23,067 bases of DNA from Octopus sinensis (lineage: Eukaryota), in assembly GCF_006345805.1 (NCBI RefSeq), contig NW_021836652.1:1-23067 (forward strand). The letters run 5' to 3'. How positions within the stretch are numbered: position 1 is the stretch's first letter; each line of letters starts with the position of its first letter. The notes under the pieces were generated by a model. The model ran no database searches and was not told the origin of the DNA. It worked only from the letters and a program-made list of their open reading frames with translations. This document shows, in pieces, positions 10,567 through 20,885 of this stretch. A program made the position numbers and the translations under genes.

Positions 10567-11262
10567 TGGAGTTTATCACAGAAAATGCTTGAAAACTAGT
10601 AAAGAAGGCAGGAATTTTTAACATTCGGATCCGTTCAAAAGAAAATAATTTTTAATATAAACGCAAAACCAGATATTTTTCTTTTTGGAGAATGTATAAT
10701 TGATTAAACCGATACCAAAACTTGATTGGAACTTATTATCGATTCCGGAAGTGGACTACTTCTACAATCACATAGGCTTTACATTTCCTATTTTAAACTC
10801 TACCGAAGTCGATTTGCGTTACATCCTTCCAGGATCAATAAAATAAATACCAGTCAAACAATAGGATCGATATAAACGATCGTTTTCTACCCCCAGAGGC
10901 GTAGTAAGTGTGGGAGAAGGGCGCAGTCACCCCTGCCAGTTTCAAGTGCGAAAGGGGTACAAAATTTCCTCTGGCCTATCGCTTCACACTTTAATTAACA
11001 TAAAGTAGTGGTCGGTCACCTCAGCCAGATTTTCCAAATTGTTCATAGGCACAACTCTTGTGAATTAAGAGACGTTTTGCGCAATATTTCTCACAGTTAA
11101 CATACAATTGGAGAGCAAGTACTAAATCGAAAACTAAACAAACTTCTCGGCGTATAACAACAATGTCCACTAACTTATTAGTAATTTTGGCATGTGGGGA
11201 CGTCCGGCCATGAAACAATCTTTAATTTAGGACCGTAAAAACGCAATAAAAACACTAATTTG

Positions 11263-11673
11263 GGCGATCTTTCGTCTCTAGTAGACCTTTCCGTCGATTT
11301 CCGTAAAAAAATTTTTTTTTTACATATGGGCTTGCGGGAACTTTTGAAATAATATACATACATATACATCGAGTAAAAAATTTCAGTTATCTCTTTCTTT
11401 CACACATTACTCTGTCTCTTCACACACACTAACAGAAGCACTTCACTTACACAACATACTGTCTGTCTCCCACACCCCATCAAACACACACACATGTACA
11501 TCAATGCTACCCATGCACGGTAACTTCAAAAGAACTTCCCTCGTCATACAATCGCTTTCTCTTAGTCTCTTTCGCTCTCATTACTTCAAAAGTTCCCGCA
11601 AGCCCATATGTAAAAAAAAAAAAAAATTTTTACGGAAATCGACGGAAAGGTCTACTAGAGACGAAAGTTTGCC
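11263..11673. mobile_element. MITE family B, inverted copy, flanked by a 49-bp direct repeat
   Basis: Reverse complement of 3039-3455. Flanks 11214-11262 and 11674-11722 match at 47/49. Confidence 0.9.
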
Positions 11674-12054
11674 AACAATTTTTAATTTAGGACCGTAAAA
11701 ACGCAATAAAAAGACTAATTTGAACGTAGGGTTGTAAAAGCGAGGATAACCATATAAAGTGGGGACGTTAAAAGTCTCTTTTTTGCCCTGTGGTGCCGTG
11801 TTCTCTTGTTGCAACCACAATCCCAGTCACACGTAAAATGTGTGTCCTTGTGTCTAATCAATATCAAAAGGAACAGTTAATGTGCTCAGAGGTTTGACTC
11901 ACTGTCAATGTTTCGCCGATAAAAGAAGGCGGGTGGGGTCAAATAATGATATGACTAAACAAGCAACAACTATAGTAAATGCTAACACAATTTGTGAGAA
12001 TTCTGCGAGTCACCAGGAGGTTATTAATACAAATTATTTAACTGGCGATGCAAT

Positions 12055-12056
12055 AG

Positions 12057-12090
<34 letters not shown>

Positions 12091-12622
12091 AATAATGATA
12101 ATAATAATAATAATAATAATGATAATAAATGATAATGATAATAATAATGATAATAATAATATTAATAATAATAATAATAATATTAATAATAATAATGATA
12201 ATAATAAATAATAATAATGATAATAATAATATTAATAATAATGATAATGATAATGATGATAATAATAATAATAATAATAATATTAATAATGATAATAATG
12301 ATAATGATAATGATGATAATAATAATAATGATAATAATAATGATAATGATAATAATAATAATGATAATAATAATATTAATAATAATGATAATAATAATAT
12401 TAATAATATGATAATATAATATTAATAATGATAATAATAATAATAATAATAATGATAATAATAATATATAATAATAATGATAATAATAATATTAATAATG
12501 ATAATAATAATATTAATAATAATGATAATAATAATGATAATATAATAATATAATAATGATAATAATAATAATAATAATAATGATAATAATAATAATAATA
12601 ATAATGAAATAATAATAATAAT
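12055..12622. repeat. Compound (AAT)n/(GAT)n microsatellite, ~570 bp
   Basis: Directly visible; source of the spurious poly-I/N/Y ORFs. Confidence 0.98.
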
Positions 12623-12958
12623 ACAGATACACAACAAAAAAGTCGGTGTCGGACAGATGAATCGGTTTTTATCAAAAGTTGTTGAGTTTAAATGCAAACT
12701 AATTAACTTAAAGAAATAAAAAGCGAAATATAGACAGAATATCAAACTGATTAGACTTTTAAAGAAGGAATGGGGACCCGTTTCAACAGGTATCAATATA
12801 TAAAGATTTTGCTATTTGGTCGTTAAATCTTTATATATAATTATTTATAAAACAAGAAACCGACAGCGAAGAAGACTCTATGCTGCTAGAAATAACAGCC
12901 AAATCTATAACTGATAGGGGATAGCATATTTGCTAAGGCAATTAAAAGATATACAGAG

Positions 12959-13007
<49 letters not shown>

Positions 13008-13161
13008 ATATTTATAATCGCTAGTCCGATAAAATGATTATGAATTAAAAAATTTATTCACCCTCAGACTTATCTTTGAGTACTTATTCAAGTGGTCGAA
13101 CGTAGCTTCTTTTGAACTTGTTACCCCGAAAGGAAATATATATATATATACACACACATAT

Positions 13162-13352
13162 TTTATTTTATAGAAGGAGCTTCTACAGGACTAGAACTGT
13201 TTCATTCAGATGAAATCTTCAGCTTCCTGAAGATTTCATCTGAATGAAACAGTTCTAGTCCTGTAGAAGCTCCTTCTATAAAATAAATTACTTTACTCTG
13301 CTATGTATTGAGTACCTTGTTTACTGTGGTTAACCCCGACTCAACCCGGGAC
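13162..13352 (+). mobile_element. Penelope-like pLTR foldback remnant: perfect 61-bp inverted repeat plus unique tail
   Basis: Arms 13162-13222 and 13227-13287 with loop CTTC. Contains a hammerhead core, then AATAAA. The Penelope assignment is inferred from the HHR plus inverted partial repeat. Confidence 0.65.
13221..13271 (+). ncRNA. Putative type I hammerhead ribozyme
   Basis: Stem I AGCTTC/GAAGCT, core CTGAAGA, weak stem II TTC-ATCT-GAA, GAAAC, stem III ACAG/CTGT, GTA cleavage triplet (after 13265). Confidence 0.65.
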
Positions 13353-13483
13353 CTACATACACACACACACACATATATTGGGTGTTGTCACACTTAAAAC
13401 GTCGTTAATTATGGCTTAGTGAGAGTTGAACAAAATATAAAACTAAAATAAGTTATGATAGCCTTACCAACGAACACCCTTAC

Positions 13484-14207
13484 CTTGGTTTTCCAAATAA
13501 GCACGGCTGAATTTTTTTATCCTCCTATCTTCGCTTTCCAAGTTATATTCCCACCTGGCCGTTGTGTAATAATGTGGTATCTCCGCAGCACTCGAATATT
13601 CCGTAAATGTGTCGCTATCAAAGCTGTCTCGGTAGCTATCGTACCACTGATCATAAATTTCAAACAGTAAATCATCAAAGATAGAACCACGGGGTCGAGA
13701 TTGTCTGCAATATGTGGCCCCTCCATAACTATGATCCGGTAAATATCCAGTGTTTGTTGGACTAGACTCGCCCGTCTTGTCATGTTTCTCGTTAGAGTTG
13801 ATAGCAGAACAGTGGACTGGGTCTGCCTCTGAGACAGGCACCGCGGTTGAAGTTGATGTTGTAGTTGTCCCCGAAGTTAAAGCAGAAGCAGATACAGCTG
13901 GGTGCATGAAGGTCCCTTGTAAACGATCATCGACGGACGAAGTCTTGCCTCTGTGCGGACGGACTTTGCCGTTGCTGTCACTGAAGTGAGAGGAAGATTT
14001 CGCCAATCTGGGACTCGTAGAAGACATGAGTGGTGGACTTTTGCCAAACGTAGCGACGTTTGACCGACGTGTGGGTGGAGTGGTACCCGTGAGGAAAACA
14101 TCGTCGTCGGAGCTGTGTACCCTGTCCTGCCGACCTGATCTTTGTTCGCTGGTGACTGTTTCGTGTATGTTATCCAACTGAGTCTCCAACACTTTTTCCA
14201 TCATCAT
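13484..14207 (-). CDS. TBC1D30: First/5' coding exon of a TBC1D30-like Rab-GAP gene (low-complexity N-terminus plus start of a DUF4682-like region)
   Basis: The only long non-repetitive ORF (247 aa) and locally GC-richer. Phase-1 donor CAAG|GTAAGG at 13484/13483. Motifs RGSIFDDLLFEIY..RDSFDSDTFTEYSS..RAYLENQ parallel the human TBC1D30 N-terminus as I recall it (ASLVSGLLNELY..RDSLDSSTEAS..MLYLRQKD). The TBC domain itself is not in the window. Confidence 0.7.
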
Positions 14208-14686
14208 ACCATGTTGGCCTCACTTGGAGAAGAAAAGAAAAAACCAGAACTTACCCCAAGCTGTGCACTAGAGTTTAACACACAGCCGTGCGACTGCCGT
14301 GACAGTAGCAGGCATTATAAAAGTGTAGTATATGTCAGTGTATGTATGTGAAAAAAGAGAGAGAGAGAGAGGGAATAGTTATAGGTGTGTGTACTAGTAT
14401 ATATATATATATATATTTGTCGTTTTTATTTTACTAAGTACACACCAGCTGCTCGACTCGGCTACTCCTGATAACAATTATCATTATCATTATTATTATT
14501 ATGGCTCACAGAGTCGAAACTGGGACGATTTTCAACCTTGCAAAATCCACTATCCGTGCAATTCGCTGTTTGCTCAATTAAATGTCAAGCAATGTTTAGG
14601 CTTCGTCTCTTTACGTTCTGGGTTCAAATCCCATCGAAGTCAGCATTTTTTTTTTTTTAAATCGTTCTGGGATCGATAAAATTGAA

Positions 14687-15115
14687 GGCAATCTTTCGTC
14701 TCTAGTAGACCTTCCGTCGATTTCCGTAAAAACTTCTATTTTTTTTTTTTACATATGGGCTTGCGGGAACTTTTGAAGTAATGAGAGCGAAAGAGACTAA
14801 GAGAAAGCGATTGTATGACGAGGGAAGTTCTTTTGAAGTTACCGTGCATGGGAAGCATTGATGTACATGTGTGTGTGTGTGTGTGTTTGATGGGGTGTGG
14901 GAGACAGACAGTATGTTGTGTAAGTGAGTGCTTCTGTTAGTGTGTGGTGAAGAGACAGAGTAATGTGTGAGAGAAAGAGATAACTGAAATTTTTTACTCG
15001 GTGTATGTGTATATGTATGTATATTACTTCAAAATTCCCGCAAGCCCATATGTAAAAAAAAAAAAATTTTTTTACGGAAATCGACGGAAAGGTCTACTAG
15101 AGACGAAAGATCGCC
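14687..15115. mobile_element. MITE family B, third copy, nested in a SINE fragment
   Basis: Same TIRs; perfect TSD AAATTGAA at 14679-14686 and 15116-15123. Confidence 0.92.
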
Positions 15116-15250
15116 AAATTGAAGTACTAGAGTTGATCATCTCGACTCTATCTGTGACTCATGCCAATCATAAATATTATAATAAAATACTTCACGGCTG
15201 CAGCTATTTCTTTTTACGTTCTGAATTAAATCATAAATTTTGCTTCCCCC

Positions 15251-15732
<482 letters not shown>

Positions 15733-15864
15733 TCACCGGAGTCGATTTAAAATGTCAAGTCCCGGGTCGATTTAATCTACAACCCCAGCTCCCATTCCGA
15801 CTCATTAAACTTTCCGGCCCTGTGCTAAAATTAAAAGAATTAGGTTAGGGGGGGGGGGCAATAT

Positions 15865-16266
15865 TCTTTTACTTGTTTCAGTTTTGACTGTGGCCATGCT
15901 GGAGCACCGCTTTAAGTCGAACAAATCGACCCCAGAACTTACTCTTTGTAAGCCTAGTACTCATTCTATCGGTCTCTTTGTCGAACCGCTAAGTTTCGGG
16001 GACGTAAACAAACTAGCATCGGTTGTCAAGCGATGGGGGGGGGGACAAACAAACACACAAACATACACACACATAGGCACACACACACACATATATATAT
16101 GCATATATACGATGGGCTTCTTTCAGTTTCCATCTACCAAATCCACTCACAAGGCTTTGGCCGGCTCGAGGCTATAGTAGAAGACACTTGCCCAAGGTGC
16201 CACACAGTGGGAATGAACCCGGAACCATGTGGTTGGTAAGCAAGCTACTTACCCCACAGCCACTCC
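15865..16266 (-). mobile_element. SINE family 1, full length
   Basis: Reverse complement of the family consensus from head GGAGTGGCTGTG to tail. Confidence 0.9.
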
Positions 16267-16296
16267 AACACACAAATATACAAATATAAAAAGAAA

Positions 16297-16681
16297 GTGG
16301 AGGCGCAATGGCCCAGTGGTTAGGGTAGCAGACTCGTGGTCATAGGATCGCGGTTTCGATTCCCAGACCGGGCGTTGTGAGTGTTTATTGAGCGAAAACA
16401 CCTAAAAGCTCCACGAGGCTCCGGCAGGGGATTGTGGTGATCCCCGCTGTACTCTTTCACCACAACTTTCTCTCACTCTTACTTCCTGTTTCTTTTGTAC
16501 CTGTACTTCAAAGGGCCGGCCTTGTCACTCTCTGTGTCACGCTGAATATCCCTGAGAACTACGTTAAGGGTACACGTGTCTGTGGAGTGCTCAGCCACTT
16601 ACACGTTACTTTCACGAGCAGGCTGTTCCGTTGATTCGGATCAACCGGAACCCTCGTCGTCGTATCCGACGGAGTGCTTTC
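16297..16681 (+). mobile_element. tRNA-derived SINE family 3, full length with 11-bp TSD
   Basis: A-box TGGCCCAGTGG, B-box GTTTCGATTCC; ATAAAAAGAAA at 16286-16296 and 16682-16692. Confidence 0.85.
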
Positions 16682-16945
16682 ATAAAAAGAAATCTGGTTC
16701 TTCATAGGAAACTATTGCGTGTTGGTGTCGGACTGTGTCATCGGAGGTCACGAATGTTTTCGGCGACGCTGCTGTGGTCACTGGTTGAGTTGAAGAATGA
16801 AAATATGATTCTTAGGCTTCGTGAAGAAGTAACAGAAGAACACACACGAACATTCAACAGAAGATTTTGTTATCGCTTCATAAAGACAACCTGCGTTGGC
16901 CTTTTAACAGTTAACAACAGCAATAATTACATACTGCGAGAGAGA

Positions 16946-17175
16946 TACTTATTTGTTTACTACCCACAAGGGGCTAAACACAGAGAGGACAAACAAAGAC
17001 AGGCAAACGAATTAAGTCGATTACATCGACCCCAGTGCGTAGCTGGTACTTAGTTTATCGACCCCGAAAGGATGAAAGGCAAAGTCGACCTCGGCGGAAT
17101 TTGAACTCAGAATGTAACGGCAGATGAAATACGGCTATGCATTTCACCCGGCGTGCTAACGTTTCTGCCAGCCCC
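16946..17175 (-). mobile_element. SINE family 2 with tail module, single full copy
   Basis: Matches 6716-6940 over its length. Confidence 0.88.
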
Positions 17176-17353
17176 TCAGATACTACTCTGAGTTTTCCAA
17201 AAAGCTATTGCTACGGCAACATGCGACTCGTCCAACATATCTGAAAACACTTGTGCAACTTTCGTGGCAATGAAGGTTCCTGATGATCTATCTGCGCCAT
17301 CTGTCTTTGCTGCTTTCCTAGGTCGTCTGGCCGGACCGTCTGGTGTGACAATA

Positions 17354-17685
17354 ATCATCATCATCATCATCATCATCATTTAGCGTCCGCTTTCCACGCT
17401 AGCATGGGTTGGACGGTTCAACTGGGGTCTGTGAAGCCAGAAGGCTGCATCAGGCCCAGTCTGATCTGGCAGTGTTTCTACAGCTGGATGCCCTTCCTAA
17501 CGCCAACCACTCCGTGAGTGTAGTGGGTGCTTTTTACGTGCCACCGGCACAGGTGCCAGACGGAGCTGGCAAACGGCCACGAATGGATGGTGCTTTTTAC
17601 GTGCCACTGGCACGGGGGCCAGGCGAGGCTGGCAACGGCCACGAACGGATGGTGCTACGTGCCACTGGCACGGGGGCCAAGCGAG
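17354..17685 (-). mobile_element. SINE/retroposon family 4 with (GAT)n tail and internal ~58-bp tandem repeats
   Basis: Reverse complement contains GGCGTTAGGAAGGGCATCCAGCTGTAGAAAC..GCGGACGCTAAATGATGATG. About 2.5 copies of GTGCTTTTTACGTGCCAC.GGCAC..GGCCACGAA.GGATG at 17527-17680. Confidence 0.8.
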
Positions 17686-18155
17686 ACACATATTGCTCAC
17701 CTACCTCAACATTCTGCAAAGAGTGTAGGCGCCAAAAGCGGTTCTTTCATAGGGTGCAAAAAGAAGATTCTAGAAAATTTAATCACGCAATGGCTTGACA
17801 GTAATTGTTTGCTTAATAGACCAATCACATAAAAGTATTGTGGTTCGGTCGAGATGTCTGACCAGTTACCTGGCGATTAGGTTTCGAATCACCACAACAA
17901 AACTATAGAATCCTGCGTAAAACGTTTACCTTTCTTGCTCTTTATGTTGTTGCTTACCGCTGAATGTATTAATATACATGTTGCTGTTTATGTGACTGGG
18001 TGCAAAGCGAAGAAAAGGTTAAATACAAGAGGAATCTAGCTGAGAAAATAGAAATCCAAGTTACTGGAAGACAAACTAGGAATGGTATAAGTTGGAAATA
18101 GCGAAAGGTTTGCAAGGATTAATAAACAAACAAAAAAGAGAAAGAAAAACAATGT

Positions 18156-18552
18156 TGTGTGGTAAGTAGCTTGCTTACCAACCACATGGTTCTGGGTTCA
18201 GTCCCACTGCGTGGCATCTTGGGCAAGTGTCTTCTGCTATAACCCCGGGCCGACCAATGCCTTGTGAGTGGATTTGGTAGACGGAAACTGAAAGAAGCCT
18301 GTCGTATATATGTATATATATATGTGTGTGTATGTGTATGTGTGTGTGTTTGTCCCCCTAGCATTGCTTGACAACCGATGCTGGTGTGTTTACGTCCCCG
18401 TCACTTAGCGGTTCAGCAAAAGAGACCGATAGAATAAGCACTGGGCTTACAAAGAATAAGTCCCGGGGTCGATTTGCTCGACTAAAGGCGGTGCTCCAGC
18501 ATGGCCGCAGTCAAATGACTGAAACAAGTAAAAGAGTAAAAGAGTAAAAGAG
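18156..18552 (+). mobile_element. SINE family 1, near full length with (GTAAAAGA)n tail
   Basis: High identity to 8098-8460; three GTAAAAGA tail units. Confidence 0.9.
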
Positions 18553-18577
18553 AAATGTAAACAAGAAACGAAAGACT

Positions 18578-18833
18578 CTTGTACAATCAGATATTCCATT
18601 TGAATTTAAGACGCTTCAGTTTCCAGTCAAACTAAGTGTTGGTATTTCAATCAACAAATCTCAGGGTGAATCCCTCAAAGTAGTTGGACTTCATCTCTCC
18701 ACTACATGTTTCTCCCACAGCCAACTCTATGTTGGTTGCTCACGAGTTGGAAGCAGCAACAATGGATTCATTTGGACACCAACAAAAACATTACACAATG
18801 AATATTATTTATCCTGAGGTGCTTCAATATTGA
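18578..18833 (+). pseudogene. Decayed Helitron PIF1-family helicase C-terminus
   Basis: Translates as LVQSDIPFEFKTLQFPVKLSVGISINKSQGESLKVVGLHLSTTCFSHSQLYVGCSRV and, after a frameshift, TMNIIYPEVLQY*. This matches the PIF1 motifs INKSQG and HGQLYVA.SRV and the usual Helitron terminal N..YPEVL. Confidence 0.92.
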
Positions 18834-18894
18834 CAGATAGATTTTAAGTTCGAAATTCTATTATCATTACAATTTGGATATTTCTTTTATGAAA

Positions 18895-19288
18895 TACTCT
18901 TTACTCTTTTACTTGTTCAGTCATTTGACTGTGGCCATGCTGGAGCACCTCCCTTTAATCGAGCAACTTGACCCGGGACTTATTCTTTTGTAAGCCCAGT
19001 ACTTATTCTATCGGTTTCTTTTGCCGAACCGCTAAGTAACGGGGACATAAACACACACCAGCATTGGTTGTCAAGCAATGCTAGGGGGACAAACACACAC
19101 AAACACACACACATATATATATATATATATACATATATACGATGGGCTTCTTTCAGTTTCCATCTACCAAATCCACTCACAAGGCTTTGGTCGGCCCGAG
19201 GCTATAGCAGAAGACACTTGCCCAAAGTGCCATGCAGTGGGACTGAACCTGTAACCATGGGGTTGGTAAGCAAGCTACTTACCACACA
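18895..19288 (-). mobile_element. SINE family 1, near full length
   Basis: Reverse complement of 18156-18552. Confidence 0.9.
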
Positions 19289-19415
19289 TATTTTGAAATA
19301 ATTACGAAAAAAAAATATATCTTCATATTTATTGTTTACTAATTTGAATAATTACAGCAGCAATCAGAACAGCATCAGGTAATTCAGCTAGTAATTAATA
19401 TAGAACAAATATCAA

Positions 19416-19590
19416 GGCAGTGGGTTGAAAGAATCGTTAGCACGCCAGATAAAATGCTTAGCGGCATTTCATCTGTCTTTACGTTCTGAGCTCAAATTCC
19501 ACCATGATTGACTCTACCTCTCATTTTTTTGAGATCAATAAAATAAGTACCAGTTGTGCGCTGAGGTTGATGTAATCGACTTGCCCTCTC
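19416..19590 (+). mobile_element. SINE family 2, diverged copy (another fragment at about 14595-15146 is split by a MITE; tail at 15736-15840)
   Basis: GAATCGTTAGCACGCCAGATAAAATGCTTAGCGGCATTTC..TTACGTTCTGAGCTCAAATTCC..AAGTACCAG. Confidence 0.75.
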
Positions 19591-20047
19591 AAGTCAATTT
19601 GTTTCCTCAAACTTTCAGAAAATGCATATTGTTTTGAATGAAATTTCTACAAATGCCTTTCAGATGATGTAGACTATACTTTTTATTGAAATTATTGTGA
19701 AAGAAAATTGATGGCTGTGCAACATGATGTATATCAACAAATCACATATTTATCTAAAAAAATGAAAAATGAAATTTTGAAAACAATTATATCGGTATGT
19801 CCTGAAGCTATCACCAATTTTTATTTTTCATATTAAATTCTGATGTAATCTACACCATCTGAAAGTTATTTTCTAGAAGATTTCATGAAAAAAAAAATTA
19901 TCCATTTTTCTGAAATTTAAATGCAACAAAGTCAGCAGTGGCACATTTGTGTTAATTAATGGTTAATTAATGCTATATTTATATAATGACTAGCTTAGAG
20001 AGAGAGAGAGAGAGAGAGAGAGTTTGAAGTGGTGATATATATTGTAC

Positions 20048-20227
20048 ATTGAGAAAAAGGAGGCAGTCAGAATTTTGAATAATTCTTTATTAGCGCTTTT
20101 TTTTGTTATCGAACTGTCAAGATAAAATCAAAATGAATCATTTTGATTTTATCTTGACAAGTTCAATAAATAAACTAAAGCTCTAATAAAGAATTATTCA
20201 AAATTCTGACTGCCTCCTTTTTTCAAT
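20048..20227. repeat. Long imperfect palindrome (~89-bp arms, 1-nt centre at 20137)
   Basis: AAAAAGGAGGCAGTCAGAATTTTGAATAATTCTTTATTAG and TGTCAAGATAAAATCAAAATGA are mirrored. Confidence 0.9.
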
Positions 20228-20516
20228 ATGCATATATATATATATATTATCAAAATAAGCAACAAGAATGACTCCGGTAATTTGGTACAATTGTTTCGCA
20301 CTACATCATTTTATTAAAAGTTGTAAGTATTACAGCAGATTTAAGATGCTGAGTGCTCATCAGCCAATTATATAGGTTTTCCATAAATACAAAAGCTTTC
20401 AAATCAAGTAGCAACATTATAGAGAAGGTAGATATAGAGGCAAAGATGTAGATTAAAATTTTAAGAACATATGAGGTAGTGAAGTATATATATATATATA
20501 TATATATGCCAGACCC

Positions 20517-20885
20517 CTCTGGCACCTGTGCAGGTGGCACGTAAAAAACACCCACTACACTCGCGGAGTGGTTGGCGTTAGGAAGGGCATCCAGCTGTAG
20601 AAACACTGCCAGACTAGACTGGAGCCTGGGGCAGTCCCTAGCTCCCCAGACCCCGGTCGAAACCGTCCAACCCGTGCTAGCGCGGAAAACGGACGTTAAA
20701 CGATGATGATGATGATATATATATATACATCATGATCATGATCATCATTGTTTTACGTCCGCTTTCCATGGTGGCATGGGTTGGACGGTTTGACTAAGAA
20801 CTTTTGAGCCAGAGGCTGCACCAGGCTCCAATCTGATCTGGCAAAGTTTCTACAGCTGGATGCTCTTCCTAATGCCAACCACTCT
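20517..20885. mobile_element. Two family-4 3' fragments tail-to-tail (20517-20715 +, 20730-20885 -)
   Basis: Both match 17354-17550, in opposite orientations, and end in (GAT)n/(ATC)n. Confidence 0.8.

Larger units (their letters stand above)
18578..19391 (+). mobile_element. 3' remnant of an autonomous Helitron interrupted by a SINE
   Basis: Helicase remnant, AT-rich 3' region, SINE insertion at 18895-19288, then a decayed hairpin and CTAG|T at 19388-19392. Confidence 0.6.

Noticed and set aside
10894-10980. CAGAGGCGTAG.. resembling a hAT TIR
   Set aside because: No matching right TIR or TSD found.
11882-12796. Several ORFs rich in I/N/Y/L
   Set aside because: Translations of the (AAT/GAT)n microsatellite.
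14316-14323. TATAAAAG box near the exon
   Set aside because: On the + strand pointing away from the gene, and common by chance in AT-rich DNA.
16299-16372. tRNA-like sequence
   Set aside because: No proper acceptor stem or terminator; continues into a SINE body with a TSD.
17527-17680. Regularly spaced repeats superficially like a CRISPR array
   Set aside because: Whole units are repeated, with no unique spacers and no cas genes, in a eukaryotic retroposon context.
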